Source: Elusimicrobiota bacterium (GTDB taxonomy: Bacteria > Elusimicrobiota > Elusimicrobia > F11). Taken from it: a stretch of DNA of 45,561 bases. Made by a program: the position numbers and the translations under genes. Below the pieces are notes generated by a model. The model worked only from the letters and a program-made list of their open reading frames with translations. It was not told the origin of the DNA and made no database searches. The stretch lies in the NCBI GenBank assembly GCA_046153645.1, contig JBJXGI010000060.1:1-45561 (forward strand), written 5' to 3'. Below are positions 18,644-30,679 of the stretch, in pieces (the first letter of the stretch is position 1; each line of letters starts with the position of its first letter).

Positions 18644-20425
18644 TCAAGCCATATCAACGATAATTTCATCCAGACCTGCCCCCGAAGGAATCATCGGGAA
18701 CACTTTTTCTTCTGGAGAAATCATCGCTTCGATGAGAAATGATTTATCTGATTTGAGAGCCGCTTCAATAGCAGAAGCCACCTCTTCATTTTTGAAGATA
18801 CGAACCCCTTTTGCTCCATAAGCATCCACAAATTTCACAAAATCCGGAAGATATTTCAGTTTAGTGGTATCCATATCCACTTTGGCTTCTAAGCTGCTAC
18901 CATTAGCAGTTAAATTAGAAGCGGAGAAACGCTCTTTGTAAAAAAGCTCTTGCCACTGCCTCACCATTCCTAAGAAATAGTTATTAATAACAATAATAAT
19001 AACCTTAACACCTTCATGAACAGAGGTAGCAAGTTCAGTCATTGTCATTTGGAATGAACCATCTCCATCAATACAAACAACAACTTTATCTGGATTTGCA
19101 AACTTAGCTCCAATAGAAGCAGGGAAACCATATCCCATTGTTCCTAAACCACCTGAGGTCAAAAAGTTCTTCGGTGATTTACAGGCATACCATTGCATAG
19201 CCCACATTTGATGCTGACCCACTCCGGTTGTAACAATCGCACTTCCTTTTGTTATCCGATGTAACTCTTGGATGAGAAACTGTGGTTGCAAAACCGCGGA
19301 TCCAGGTTTAATTTTAAATGGATGCAAATCTTCCCATGCCTGAATTTCAGCGCGCCAAGCGGTGTGCTTTGCAGGTTTAACTGTTTCAGCGATTTCTTTT
19401 AAAACTGATTTCAAATCTCCGATAACGGGCACATCAACTTGAACGGTTTTCCCAATATTTGCTGGATCAATATCAATATGAATTTTCTTAGATTGTTTAG
19501 AAAATGTATTGAGGTTACCCGTGACACGATCATCAAAACGAGCGCCACAAGAAATAAGCAAGTCACATTTCTGCATCGCAGTGTTTGATGAATATTTCCC
19601 ATGCATTCCCAAAATTCCGATGTAATTGGGATGGTCAAAAGGAAACGCGCCATTGGCCATGAGCGTATGGACGACAGGAATATCGGCTTTTTCAGCTAGC
19701 TTAATCAACTCTTCTGTGGCTTGAGAAAGAATGGCGCCTCCTCCCACATACAACAAAGGTTTTTGAGCTTGATCCATCAGTTCAATTGCTTTTTGAATTT
19801 GCTCGGGATTCCCGTCAATTTTTGGTTTATAGGACCGAATCTTAACCTCTTCGGGCCATTCAAATTCTATTTTGGCCTTTTGAATATCCACGGGAATATC
19901 CACATGAACAGGTCCTGGACGACCGGTCTTTGCGATATAGAAAGCTTCTCGAACAATTCGGGCTAAATCTTTCACATCGCGCACCATAAAGTTATGTTTG
20001 GTCACGGGTCGCATAATTCCAGTCGAATCTGCTTCTTGAAACGCATCATTCCCGATGAGAGAACTAGCAACTTGACCTGTAATAGCAACCATCGGAATAG
20101 AATCCATATAAGCTGTCGCTAAGCCTGTCACTAAGTTAGTCGCGCCAGGACCTGAGGTAGCAATACAAACTCCCACTCGACCGGTAGACCGAGAAAATCC
20201 ATCTGCCATATGTGCTGCACCTTGTTCATGTCGAGTTAAAATGACATTTAAAGGGGAACCATAAAAAGCGTCAAAGATGGGAAGACAAGCTCCACCAGGA
20301 ATTCCAAAAATGTGCGTGGTGCCTTCTCGTACAAGGGTTTCTACAAGAATCTGAGCTCCTGACATAAGTGGCTTTTCAGCTTTAATTTTATTCTCAGTTG
20401 TAGTTTTTTTATTTGTTTCTTTCAT
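18644..20425 (-). CDS. ilvB: Acetolactate synthase large subunit
   Basis: RHEQGAAHMADG, RFDDRVTG, GDGSFQM...NN ThDP motif, GMVRQWQ. Confidence 0.97.
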   Translation of the reverse strand: MKETNKKTTTENKIKAEKPLMSGAQILVETLVREGTTHIFGIPGGACLPIFDAFYGSPLNVILTRHEQGAAHMADGFSRSTGRVGVCIATSGPGATNLVTGLATAYMDSIPMVAITGQVASSLIGNDAFQEADSTGIMRPVTKHNFMVRDVKDLARIVREAFYIAKTGRPGPVHVDIPVDIQKAKIEFEWPEEVKIRSYKPKIDGNPEQIQKAIELMDQAQKPLLYVGGGAILSQATEELIKLAEKADIPVVHTLMANGAFPFDHPNYIGILGMHGKYSSNTAMQKCDLLISCGARFDDRVTGNLNTFSKQSKKIHIDIDPANIGKTVQVDVPVIGDLKSVLKEIAETVKPAKHTAWRAEIQAWEDLHPFKIKPGSAVLQPQFLIQELHRITKGSAIVTTGVGQHQMWAMQWYACKSPKNFLTSGGLGTMGYGFPASIGAKFANPDKVVVCIDGDGSFQMTMTELATSVHEGVKVIIIVINNYFLGMVRQWQELFYKERFSASNLTANGSSLEAKVDMDTTKLKYLPDFVKFVDAYGAKGVRIFKNEEVASAIEAALKSDKSFLIEAMISPEEKVFPMIPSGAGLDEIIVDMA

Positions 20426-20450
20426 TATTTTTTCCTCTTAAGTTTCCTTG

Positions 20451-22118
20451 TTACTTTAACACCGCACCCTCATTGGCTTCTGAAACCAATCTTGAGTATC
20501 GATCTAAAAATCCTCTTCTTCCTTTTGTATCTGGCGCTTGCCAACGAGACAGTCGAATACGAATGTCCATTTCAGTTAAACGAACGCCCAATGTTCTGTT
20601 CGCAATATTTATTTCAATGACGTCGCCTTCTTTGAGTACTGCTAAAGGTCCACTAACCACACTTTCTGGGGCAACAGTACTAATGAAAATACCTGAAGGA
20701 GAATCAGGAAAACGTCCATCCGTAATGACGGCCAGTGTTTTATTAAGACCACGACTCTCAATAAGCGCAGGCAAAATTCTTAACTTTTTGAGTCCAGGAC
20801 CGCCTCTTGGACCTTGACCTCTGATCACCATAACCGTCCCTTTCTTAATTTTCCCTTGAGAAACGGCTTGAGCAGCATCAACTTCATTCTCAAATATCAC
20901 GGCTGCCCCTTGAATAGATTGAACCGAGGGGGGGATTTGATTTATAGTAAAAATAGCACCTTTAGGAGCAAGGTTCCCTCTTAAAACCCCCAAACCACTT
21001 TGTTTGGCGTATGGTTTATTCATTCGAATGACTTGAGAATCTTGAATCGAGGAAACCTTGGCCAGTTCAGCGGCCCCTTTTCCGTTAATTGTTGTGGTTG
21101 GCAATATTTGAGATTTTAACGCATGCATCACGGCCCAAACCCCACCAGCTCGATCTAAATCTTCAATTCGATGTGGCTCTTTTTCACCAACCCCACCCAA
21201 CCGACATAATTGAGGAGTTTCTTTAGAAATTTTTTCAAATAAATCTAATGGTAATGATAAACCCACCTCATGAGCCAGGGCCATTAAATGAATGACAACA
21301 TCAATCGATCCTCCCAAGGCCGCATTTAAACGAATAGCATTGGTAAAAGCATTAATTGATAAGAATCTCTTAAATATAGCTCCGGCCTGAATAAGCGCGA
21401 TCACCTGCTTACCAGAAACCACCGCCAAATCTTTCTTATGTGTTGATCCCGCTGACGAAGTAGAGACGCCAGGCAAAGTAACGCCCAAGGCTTCTAACAC
21501 CAAATCAAAAGCATAGGTCGAATGATTTTCTTGAGCAATCAAACACGCATTTAATCGATCAAGCTGAACATCTGCAGGCGAACCACTTTTCTTCTTTGCG
21601 TATAATGTATCGGAGAGAAGTTCAAATGGGTCAGGCATCGAAACATTTTTTTTGCCATTGGGTTCCCCTGACATTTTAAATTCCCATCGAGGCGCCCCAG
21701 CTGTGACTAAAACAGCCGGCAAATTTAAACGAGCCGCTGCCATGACCATTCCAGCTAAAGTTTCTTGCGAATCACCGACAAAAACCAAACCATCCAATGC
21801 TTGTTGTTTCGACCAACTCTCAATGAAATCAGCTAATTGATCCCTCCAGGCAAAACTATAACCATCTGAATGTCCCCATGACATTAAGTCAGGAGTACGA
21901 ACAGTGTCCCATCTTACTGCAATCCCACCAACAGATTGGACACCAGACACAACATGATCGCCCAAATCTTTTGCCTGTGGCCTTTCTGAAAACACCTGAG
22001 TTGAAGCGGTAACCACTCCAATCATCGGTTTAGAAATAGACTCTGGAGCAACCCCTGCGGCTTGCAGATATGTTCTTAGTAATGCACCTTCCGGACGTTT
22101 GCGAATTTCAGAATGCAT
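20451..22118 (-). CDS. Dihydroxy-acid dehydratase (IlvD/Edd) family protein with degenerate active site
   Basis: Full-length fold motifs (KPMIGV, MAAARLNLP, LRGNLAPKGA, GPRGGPG, TDGRF, VAPE) but catalytic and Fe-S residues replaced. Confidence 0.88.
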   Translation of the reverse strand: MHSEIRKRPEGALLRTYLQAAGVAPESISKPMIGVVTASTQVFSERPQAKDLGDHVVSGVQSVGGIAVRWDTVRTPDLMSWGHSDGYSFAWRDQLADFIESWSKQQALDGLVFVGDSQETLAGMVMAAARLNLPAVLVTAGAPRWEFKMSGEPNGKKNVSMPDPFELLSDTLYAKKKSGSPADVQLDRLNACLIAQENHSTYAFDLVLEALGVTLPGVSTSSAGSTHKKDLAVVSGKQVIALIQAGAIFKRFLSINAFTNAIRLNAALGGSIDVVIHLMALAHEVGLSLPLDLFEKISKETPQLCRLGGVGEKEPHRIEDLDRAGGVWAVMHALKSQILPTTTINGKGAAELAKVSSIQDSQVIRMNKPYAKQSGLGVLRGNLAPKGAIFTINQIPPSVQSIQGAAVIFENEVDAAQAVSQGKIKKGTVMVIRGQGPRGGPGLKKLRILPALIESRGLNKTLAVITDGRFPDSPSGIFISTVAPESVVSGPLAVLKEGDVIEINIANRTLGVRLTEMDIRIRLSRWQAPDTKGRRGFLDRYSRLVSEANEGAVLK

Positions 22119-22133
22119 TCATTCACCTCTTAT

Positions 22134-23777
22134 TCAATTAGTTCGAGATCTATGAGACTTTTTCTTATCTTTAAAAAGCTTGTACTCAACTGCATCTACC
22201 AATGCCTGCCATGAAGCCTCAATAACATTTTCAGAAACCCCAACAGTTCCCCATTCAGATTTAGCGTCTTTGGAATTAATAAAAACGCGCACTCGCGCCC
22301 CTGTTCCGGCTTGAGCATTAATGACTCTTACTTTAAAATCCATGAGTGACATGCTCTTAAGTTGAGGATAAAACTCTTCTAATGCATTTCTCAGCGCTTT
22401 ATCTAACGCATCAACAGGTCCTGTCCCCTCTGAAACCGTATGTTTTTGTTTTCCATTAACATTAATTTTCAGAGTAGCTTCAGCAATCATTTGCCCATTG
22501 TGAGTTTCTTTTTCAACTGTCACTCGAAAACTATCCAAATTAAAAAAAAGCTGTCTTTTCCCGAGCGCTTCTTCGACTAATAATGTAAATGAAGCTTCAG
22601 CGCCCTCGTATTGATAACCGCGACTCTCTTTTTGTTTTACTAAATCTAAAATTTTATTAACGGCATCAGAATCTTTTTCAAAATCTAAATTTAATTCTTT
22701 GGCTTTTGAAAGAACACTGGCCTTTCCAGATAATTCGGAAATTAAAATTCTGCGTCTATTTCCCACCAATTCCGGGTTGATGTGTTCATAACTAGCAGAT
22801 CTTGCTACCGCAGACACATGAACACCGGCTTTGTGTGCAAAAGCAGAATTCCCCACATAAGGCATCGAATCTTGTGGAATTACATTTGCCAATTCATCTA
22901 TATATCTCGAAGTCTCAGTTAAAAGCTGCAATTGCTTATCAGACATACAATCATAGCCTAATTTGAGTTTTAAGTTTGCAATAATAGAGCCTAAATTGGC
23001 ATTTCCGCATCTTTCACCATACCCATTCAAAGTACCTTGAACCAAATCTACGCCCTCTTGAACAGCAGTCACTGAATTAGCCACAGCACAATGAGAATCA
23101 TTATGAACATGGATTCCCAAAGAAACATAAGGTAAAAATTCACGGACTTCCCGAATGACGTGCGCAATTTGTTCGGGTACGCATCCACCATTGGTATCGC
23201 ACAAAGTAATATTATCAGCACCAGCATCAACAGCGGCTTTGATTGTTGTCAACGCATATTCTTTATTTGCACTAAATCCATCGAAAAAATGTTCAGCATC
23301 ATAAATCACTTCTTTCTTTTTAGATTTTAAAAATGAAACAGTATCAGAAATAATGTCTAAATTCTCTTGCAATGATGCTCGCAGAGCATGAATGACATGA
23401 CTATCCCAACTCTTACCAAAAATACAAACAGCAGGAGTTCCCGCAGCAACCAATCTCAAAATATTTTCATCACTCGCGGCTGTCCGCCCTTTTCTTCTGG
23501 TACTGGAAAAAGCAACCAACTTTGCGTTTTTAAATTTAATTTCTTTTTTGGCGCGAGCAAAAAAAAGTTCATCTTTGGGGTTCGATCCTGGCCATCCCCC
23601 TTCAATATAGTGAATACCCAAATGATCCAAAGCCTGAGCAATTTTCAATTTATCATCAACCGAAATAGAAATCCCCTCACTCTGGGTTCCATCTCGCAAA
23701 GTTGTATCAAATAACAAAATCTCGCGACGAGTGCTTATTTTCTTAAAAGATGTTTTTTTATTTTTTATCTTTTTCAC
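22134..23777 (-). CDS. cimA: Citramalate synthase
   Basis: DTTLRDGTQSEG, YIEGGWPGSNPKD, NGYGERCGN, WGTVGVSENVIEASW. Confidence 0.92.
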   Translation of the reverse strand: MKKIKNKKTSFKKISTRREILLFDTTLRDGTQSEGISISVDDKLKIAQALDHLGIHYIEGGWPGSNPKDELFFARAKKEIKFKNAKLVAFSSTRRKGRTAASDENILRLVAAGTPAVCIFGKSWDSHVIHALRASLQENLDIISDTVSFLKSKKKEVIYDAEHFFDGFSANKEYALTTIKAAVDAGADNITLCDTNGGCVPEQIAHVIREVREFLPYVSLGIHVHNDSHCAVANSVTAVQEGVDLVQGTLNGYGERCGNANLGSIIANLKLKLGYDCMSDKQLQLLTETSRYIDELANVIPQDSMPYVGNSAFAHKAGVHVSAVARSASYEHINPELVGNRRRILISELSGKASVLSKAKELNLDFEKDSDAVNKILDLVKQKESRGYQYEGAEASFTLLVEEALGKRQLFFNLDSFRVTVEKETHNGQMIAEATLKINVNGKQKHTVSEGTGPVDALDKALRNALEEFYPQLKSMSLMDFKVRVINAQAGTGARVRVFINSKDAKSEWGTVGVSENVIEASWQALVDAVEYKLFKDKKKSHRSRTN

Positions 23778-23786
23778 GAATTATAT

Positions 23787-25013
23787 TTATCGACTTTTAT
23801 CCAAAATAAACGCTTTATGAAGAACTTTCACGGCTTTTGGTCCATCGGCCTGTTTAACAATACAAGCGATTTTGATTTCAGAAGTGGAAATCATCTCGAT
23901 ATTAATCCCCGCATGAGCCAAAGAAGAAAACATTGTTGCCGCAACACCGGAATGACTTCTCATCCCAACACCAACAACTGAAACCTTAGCAACACCATCA
24001 TCGGCAAGGACGTTTTCCGCATGAAGTTTCTTTTTAACTGACTCCATAATCAACATGGCTCGTTTCAAATCAGATCGAGAAACGGTAAAAGAAATATCAT
24101 TTAAATTATTTTCAGCCGTTGACTGAATGATCATATCAACATTAATACTATCTTCAGCAAGCGCACCAAAAATATCGGCCGCGATTCCTGGTTTATCAGG
24201 AACACCTGTAATAGAAAGTTTAGCTTCATTGGCATCATAAGCAATTCCAGAAACCACTGGAGCTTCCATTGATTGAACTAGTTTTTTAATAGCGGTACCT
24301 TTTTTTCTCTCTAAGCTTGATTTCACGTGTATTGTCACCCCATATTTTTTTGCGACTTCTATTGAACGGGCTTGCATCACCTGAGAACCTGATCCAGCCA
24401 GCTCTAGCATTTCATCATAAGAAATTTCATCAATCTTTTGTGCTTCAGGAACCAATCGAGGATCAGTGGTAAAAACCCCAACAACATCTGTGTAAATTTC
24501 ACAGACATCGCTTTTGAGTGCCGCCGCCAATGCCACTGCCGTTAAATCAGAACCACCTCGGCCCAATGTTGTCACATCATCGAAAGAGTTAAGACCCTGG
24601 AAACCTGCCACCACAACGATACGCCCTTTTTTCAATTGCTGGGTAATCTTAACAGGTTTAATTGTTGTTATGCGCGCTTTGGTATGAACGTCGTCTGCTC
24701 TAATTCCCGCTTGCGGCCCTGTTAAAGAAATCGCTTCAACACCCAAGTCTCGAATTGCCATGGATAACAAAGCAATTGAAACCTGCTCCCCTGTGGCCAT
24801 TAACATATCTAACTCTCGTGGCGCTGGGTCTGGCGTAATAGCCTGAGCGCGTTCAATCAAATCATCAGTCATATCACCAGGAGCAGAAACAACAACGACA
24901 ACATAATTGCCTTGCTTATAAGTTTCAACAACCCTTTGAGCGGCATTTTTTAATCGTTCTGTATTTTTTACAGAGGTTCCACCAAATTTCATTACAACAA
25001 CCCGACGCTTCAT
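23787..25013 (-). CDS. lysC: Aspartate kinase
   Basis: KFGGTSV, TLGRGGSD, two ACT domains, ISTSEIKI. Confidence 0.95.
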   Translation of the reverse strand: MKRRVVVMKFGGTSVKNTERLKNAAQRVVETYKQGNYVVVVVSAPGDMTDDLIERAQAITPDPAPRELDMLMATGEQVSIALLSMAIRDLGVEAISLTGPQAGIRADDVHTKARITTIKPVKITQQLKKGRIVVVAGFQGLNSFDDVTTLGRGGSDLTAVALAAALKSDVCEIYTDVVGVFTTDPRLVPEAQKIDEISYDEMLELAGSGSQVMQARSIEVAKKYGVTIHVKSSLERKKGTAIKKLVQSMEAPVVSGIAYDANEAKLSITGVPDKPGIAADIFGALAEDSINVDMIIQSTAENNLNDISFTVSRSDLKRAMLIMESVKKKLHAENVLADDGVAKVSVVGVGMRSHSGVAATMFSSLAHAGINIEMISTSEIKIACIVKQADGPKAVKVLHKAFILDKSR

Positions 25014-25918
25014 CGAACAACGGCTCCTTTTCTATCTATTTCTATTGGGAAAGCTTGTGCTTTTACCCTGTACTTCAAAAACGTTTTCTTCATCGCAGAT
25101 GCAACTCTTAAGGCATTTTCCTTAGGCGTAAAAGAGATTAATGTCGGCCCTGCGCCAGATAAAGTCATTGCATAAGCACCAGATTTTAATACCGCCTCTT
25201 TTACTTTCCAAAAGCCAGGAATCAATTTAGCCCTATAGGGCTCATGCAACCGATCATTAAGTAAAAGCTTTAAAAATTTTAAATCATGCTTAAAAACAAA
25301 AGATAAAAGTCCAACCGAAGCTAAATTTTGAACAGCATCCTTGAGTGGAACCATTTTTGGAAGTACCGCTCTGGCTTTGCTTGTTGCCAACTGAAAATCA
25401 GGAACAGCGACGACCAATGTTAAATCAGGAATCGGAAGTGAATAAGAAATCACTTCTCCCAAAAACACTCCAGAAACTCTAATTCCACCAAAAAGAGCGG
25501 GAGACACATTGTCTGGATGCCCTTCTAATTCAGTTGCAAAACTCAAAATTTCTTCTTTAGAATACTTATTTCCAAATAATGCATTAGCCGCTAATAAACC
25601 AGATAAATACGCGGCAGAACTAGATCCTAGTCCTCTAGCCAAAGGAATTCTGTTTAAACATTTCAATTCTAACTGCGGAAGTTTTTTATTCGCCTTTTTA
25701 GATAGAAACTCCATCGCTTTAAAAATAACATTGTTTCTATTAAGAGAAACCGAATCTTTTCCTTCACCTTCCACTAAAATAACAGGATTTCCAGTATGAA
25801 TATCGAGAACTTTAACCCTCAACTCATTTCTTAAATCCAAACTTAAACCAAGAACATCAAACCCGGGCCCCAAATTCCCACTCGAAGCGGGGACAGAAAC
25901 GAAAATCTGCTTTTTCAC
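25010..25918 (-). CDS. thrB: Homoserine kinase
   Basis: PASSGNLGPGFD, PLARGLGSS, EGHPDN, LSGAGPT. Confidence 0.96.
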   Translation of the reverse strand: MKKQIFVSVPASSGNLGPGFDVLGLSLDLRNELRVKVLDIHTGNPVILVEGEGKDSVSLNRNNVIFKAMEFLSKKANKKLPQLELKCLNRIPLARGLGSSSAAYLSGLLAANALFGNKYSKEEILSFATELEGHPDNVSPALFGGIRVSGVFLGEVISYSLPIPDLTLVVAVPDFQLATSKARAVLPKMVPLKDAVQNLASVGLLSFVFKHDLKFLKLLLNDRLHEPYRAKLIPGFWKVKEAVLKSGAYAMTLSGAGPTLISFTPKENALRVASAMKKTFLKYRVKAQAFPIEIDRKGAVVR

Positions 25919-25932
25919 AAATGAACCTGCTA

Positions 25933-27309
<1,377 letters not shown>

Positions 27310-27314
27310 CTACC

Positions 27315-27980
27315 CTAAATAACAGTCTGAACTCGGTTGACTTGAATTTTTTGTTTTAAATTTTTGGCCACTTCTGTTGGGTTCGGGGCGTCATAAATCG
27401 CTCTTACGACCGCAACTGTTTTCCCACCTGCTTGAACAATTTGATCAATATTACTTTGGTTAATTCCCCCAATGATAACATAAGGGATCTTTAAGGCGGC
27501 TCGATAAAAACCAATGAGTCCCAAACCAACCGCCGGATAATCAGGTTTTGTTGGAGTGGCCCAAATAGGACCACAACTCACATAATCCGCTCCATTTTTC
27601 TGCGCTTCTATTGCCTGAGGGAGAGAATGAGTCGAAATTCCTAAAATTCTCCGATGCCCAATTGTTTCTCTTATAAAAGCAGGAGGTAAATCTTCATGAC
27701 CAATATGAACACCATCAGCATCTAAAGCTAAAAGTAAGTCAACTCTATTATTAACCATGAAAAGCGCGTTGGTTTTTCGACAAAGTTCCTGAATTTTTTT
27801 ACCGGCTTCAAATAAATTGCGATCAGACAACGATTTGCTTCGCAACTGAATAACGTCAACGCCTCCATCAAGGGCCTGTTCGGTAATTTTCAAAATTTTA
27901 TTTGTGTCCGTAAAATCAGGCGTAACCCAATAAAGAGAAACGTCAGAGAAATCAAGTCGTCTGGTATTTAATGATGTCAT
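27315..27980 (-). CDS. thiE: Thiamine phosphate synthase
   Basis: QLRSK, ADGVHIG, STHS, TPTK, IGGI. Confidence 0.93.
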   Translation of the reverse strand: MTSLNTRRLDFSDVSLYWVTPDFTDTNKILKITEQALDGGVDVIQLRSKSLSDRNLFEAGKKIQELCRKTNALFMVNNRVDLLLALDADGVHIGHEDLPPAFIRETIGHRRILGISTHSLPQAIEAQKNGADYVSCGPIWATPTKPDYPAVGLGLIGFYRAALKIPYVIIGGINQSNIDQIVQAGGKTVAVVRAIYDAPNPTEVAKNLKQKIQVNRVQTVI

Positions 27981-28387
27981 AATTTTTTGAAAACCTTCTT
28001 TTCAAGACTATAGAGTTTGTAACGAACTGCTTTAAAATTTTGTGCGTGTTGGGGAGAAAAAATTTTCCCATATTCTTCTAAAACTCGCGCCGCTTCTTGA
28101 GCTCGTTTCATATTGGCAATCATAACTGAACTCATATTCGTTCGTTTTCCTTCTTTGATGATTCTGCCAACATCATTATTACTTTCCCGAGCAGTGATAA
28201 AAAATTTATAGGCTCTTTGGGTTAAGTCGTGTAATTTATGGCGGCAAGCTCGAAATTCCGCATAAAGTTTTTTATCATTCCACTGAAATCGTGCCGTATC
28301 CTCAACAACTCTTAAACCTTCACAAGCGCGGTTCACATTGGCATCTAATAACCTGGCTATTTTTTTATCCACCGTAGGCGTTAACAA
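27977..28387 (-). CDS. Stand-alone ThiD2-family protein (homologous to the N-terminal domain of cyanobacterial ThiE)
   Basis: RLLDANVNRACEGLRVVED, ARES..DVG, ANMKRAQEAARVLEE, RYKLYSLE. Confidence 0.85.
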   Translation of the reverse strand: MLTPTVDKKIARLLDANVNRACEGLRVVEDTARFQWNDKKLYAEFRACRHKLHDLTQRAYKFFITARESNNDVGRIIKEGKRTNMSSVMIANMKRAQEAARVLEEYGKIFSPQHAQNFKAVRYKLYSLEKKVFKKL

Positions 28388-28859
28388 CCTTTGAAATTAT
28401 TTCGCTGGTAGACTGACCTTTTATAAGTGGTACTTGCCTTACCGTTTTAGAATACTCTCGACCAACAATCTGGTCTTTCTTCCAATCCCCGCCTTTCACC
28501 AACACATCGGGCCCAATCAGCTTAATTAACCGTTCAGGTGTATCTTCTTTAAAAATAACCACAAAATCGATGAGCTCAAAACCTGCCAATAATTGAGCCC
28601 TGTTTTTCTCACTAATAATGGGGCGCTTGGGTCCTTTGAGACGTCGAATTGAAGAATCCGAATTAAGGCCCAAAACAAGTACATCTCCCCAACTTTTGCA
28701 TTTTTCGAAAACTTTTAAATGCCCCACATGAACCAAATCAAAACAGCCATTTGTAAAAACAATCTTCTTTTTTTTCTTTTTAAGGGCTCCTATTTTTTTT
28801 GAGAGCAAAGCCCAACTTAAAATTTTATTGTTCAAAGAATTATTTTTCTTTCGTGCCAT
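28365..28859 (-). CDS. rfaE2: D-glycero-beta-D-manno-heptose 1-phosphate adenylyltransferase
   Basis: [33 protein letters not shown]. Confidence 0.9.
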   Translation of the reverse strand: MARKKNNSLNNKILSWALLSKKIGALKKKKKKIVFTNGCFDLVHVGHLKVFEKCKSWGDVLVLGLNSDSSIRRLKGPKRPIISEKNRAQLLAGFELIDFVVIFKEDTPERLIKLIGPDVLVKGGDWKKDQIVGREYSKTVRQVPLIKGQSTSEIISKVVNAYGG

Positions 28860-30225
28860 TGGTTACAGCGGGAACTGGCGACATGTGTTTTTCAATAAAA
28901 TTCGTAGCAAAATCCCCTTTCTTAAAAACAGGGTTAGTCATTACTTTTTTATGAAATGGAATCGTTGTTTTGATACCTTCAACAATAAATTCACGAAGAG
29001 CTCGTTCCATTCGGATAATAGCCGCGTCTCTGCCTCGAGTGGAGCCAACAATCAACTTACCAAGCAAACTGTCATAATTTGTGGGCACCGTATAACCTGA
29101 ATAAATATGTGTATCAACTCGAACACCAGGCCCACCAGGCAATATAAGACCTGTAATTTCTCCTGGACTTGGGGAAAAATTAAAATCAGGGTCCTCGGCA
29201 TTGACTCTGACCTCAATAGCATGACCCAAAATTTTCACATCATCTTTGTCATAACCCAGTTTTTCCCCTGCAGCCAATCGAATCTGTTCTTTAACCAAAT
29301 CAATACCCGTAACAATTTCAGTTACAGGGTGTTCCACCTGAATTCGAGTATTCATTTCCAAAAAATAAAAATCGTCTTCTTTAGCGTCATATAAAAATTC
29401 AATAGTCCCAACAGTCACGTATTTAGTGGCACGAGTTGCCCGGCGCGCTGCTTTTCCGAGTTTTTTTCGCATTCTTTCACTAATTGCGGGAGAAGGAGAT
29501 TCTTCTACTAGCTTCTGATGTCGACGTTGAATGGTACAGTCTCTTTCAGGATAGCTAACGACATTTCCAAAGATATCGCCTGCGACTTGAACTTCAATAT
29601 GACGCGGCGCTTCTAAATATTTCTCGAGATAAACGCCCGCCTCTTTAAAAGAATTCTTAGCTTCAGATTGAGCGGCAATAATGGCATCTTTTAATTGAGA
29701 TTCCTGCGTAACAATACGCATTCCTTTCCCTCCGCCTCCTGCACGAGCCTTTACAATAATAGGATACCCAATATCTTTGGCAATTTTTAAAAGCTTAGGA
29801 TCTTCAGGATTTACTGCGCCATCCGAACTGGGTAGTAAGGGGACACCGTGTGATGCCATTAACAATTTAGCCTCAATTTTATCACCCATCTTCTTGATGG
29901 ACTCTGCAGAGGGACCGACAAATTTAATTCCGCAAGACTCACAAACCTCGGCAAAATGAGCGTTTTCGGATAAAAAACCATAACCTGGATGAATCGCGTC
30001 AGCGCCAGTAATTTCTGCAGCTGAAATGATAGCTGGAATATTAAGATAACTTTCACCTGCCGCAGCAGGACCGATACAAACAGATTCATCAGCCAATTTC
30101 ACATGCAAAGAATCCCTATCCACTTCAGAATGAACCGCGACTGTTTTAATTCCTAATTCACGACACGCGCGAATCACTCTAACAGCAATTTCCCCTCGAT
30201 TGGCTATGAGTATTTTTTTAAACAT
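28840..30225 (-). CDS. accC: Acetyl-CoA carboxylase biotin carboxylase
   Basis: [35 protein letters not shown]. Confidence 0.97.
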   Translation of the reverse strand: MFKKILIANRGEIAVRVIRACRELGIKTVAVHSEVDRDSLHVKLADESVCIGPAAAGESYLNIPAIISAAEITGADAIHPGYGFLSENAHFAEVCESCGIKFVGPSAESIKKMGDKIEAKLLMASHGVPLLPSSDGAVNPEDPKLLKIAKDIGYPIIVKARAGGGGKGMRIVTQESQLKDAIIAAQSEAKNSFKEAGVYLEKYLEAPRHIEVQVAGDIFGNVVSYPERDCTIQRRHQKLVEESPSPAISERMRKKLGKAARRATRATKYVTVGTIEFLYDAKEDDFYFLEMNTRIQVEHPVTEIVTGIDLVKEQIRLAAGEKLGYDKDDVKILGHAIEVRVNAEDPDFNFSPSPGEITGLILPGGPGVRVDTHIYSGYTVPTNYDSLLGKLIVGSTRGRDAAIIRMERALREFIVEGIKTTIPFHKKVMTNPVFKKGDFATNFIEKHMSPVPAVTNGTKEK

Positions 30226-30231
30226 ATTTTT

Positions 30232-30678
30232 TTAAGATCCCCGGATATCAACAGAGAGAACAACTTTAAAAAGAGGCTGCCCATACTCCACTGGTTTACC
30301 ATCTTCAACTAAAATTTCACGAATTTCCCCGTCACAAAAGCTCGAAACCTCTGTAGGAATTTTCATACATTCGATAATAGCCACATGATCTCCCGGTTTA
30401 ACATGATTTCCTTCCATCACCAAAGGAGGTCTATTTTTTCCTTCCGATCTTCGAAAAATACCAACAATAGGCGACTTAATTATTTCCATTCTTTCAGTTT
30501 CTATTGGTTCTTCAAGAGGTTCAGGAGCGGTCAAAACTTGCGTTTCCAAAGAGCTCCTTTTAAAAGAAATTCTAATCCCTTCCTCTTCTAAAGAAACTTC
30601 ATAGAGTTGATGATCATTGGCAAAACTCATAAGCTCATTTAATTTCAGTTCAACAGAAGAATTTTCTGCTACGGTCAT
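30232..30678 (-). CDS. accB: Biotin carboxyl carrier protein
   Basis: IKSPIVG, IIECMKI biotinyl-Lys motif, VEYGQPLF; start ATG 30678. Confidence 0.9.
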   Translation of the reverse strand: MTVAENSSVELKLNELMSFANDHQLYEVSLEEEGIRISFKRSSLETQVLTAPEPLEEPIETERMEIIKSPIVGIFRRSEGKNRPPLVMEGNHVKPGDHVAIIECMKIPTEVSSFCDGEIREILVEDGKPVEYGQPLFKVVLSVDIRGS

Positions 30679-30679
30679 C

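Noticed and set aside
30340..30385. AccB biotinylation motif ECMK instead of EAMK
   Set aside because: Conservative single substitution with the Lys retained; not evidence of altered function
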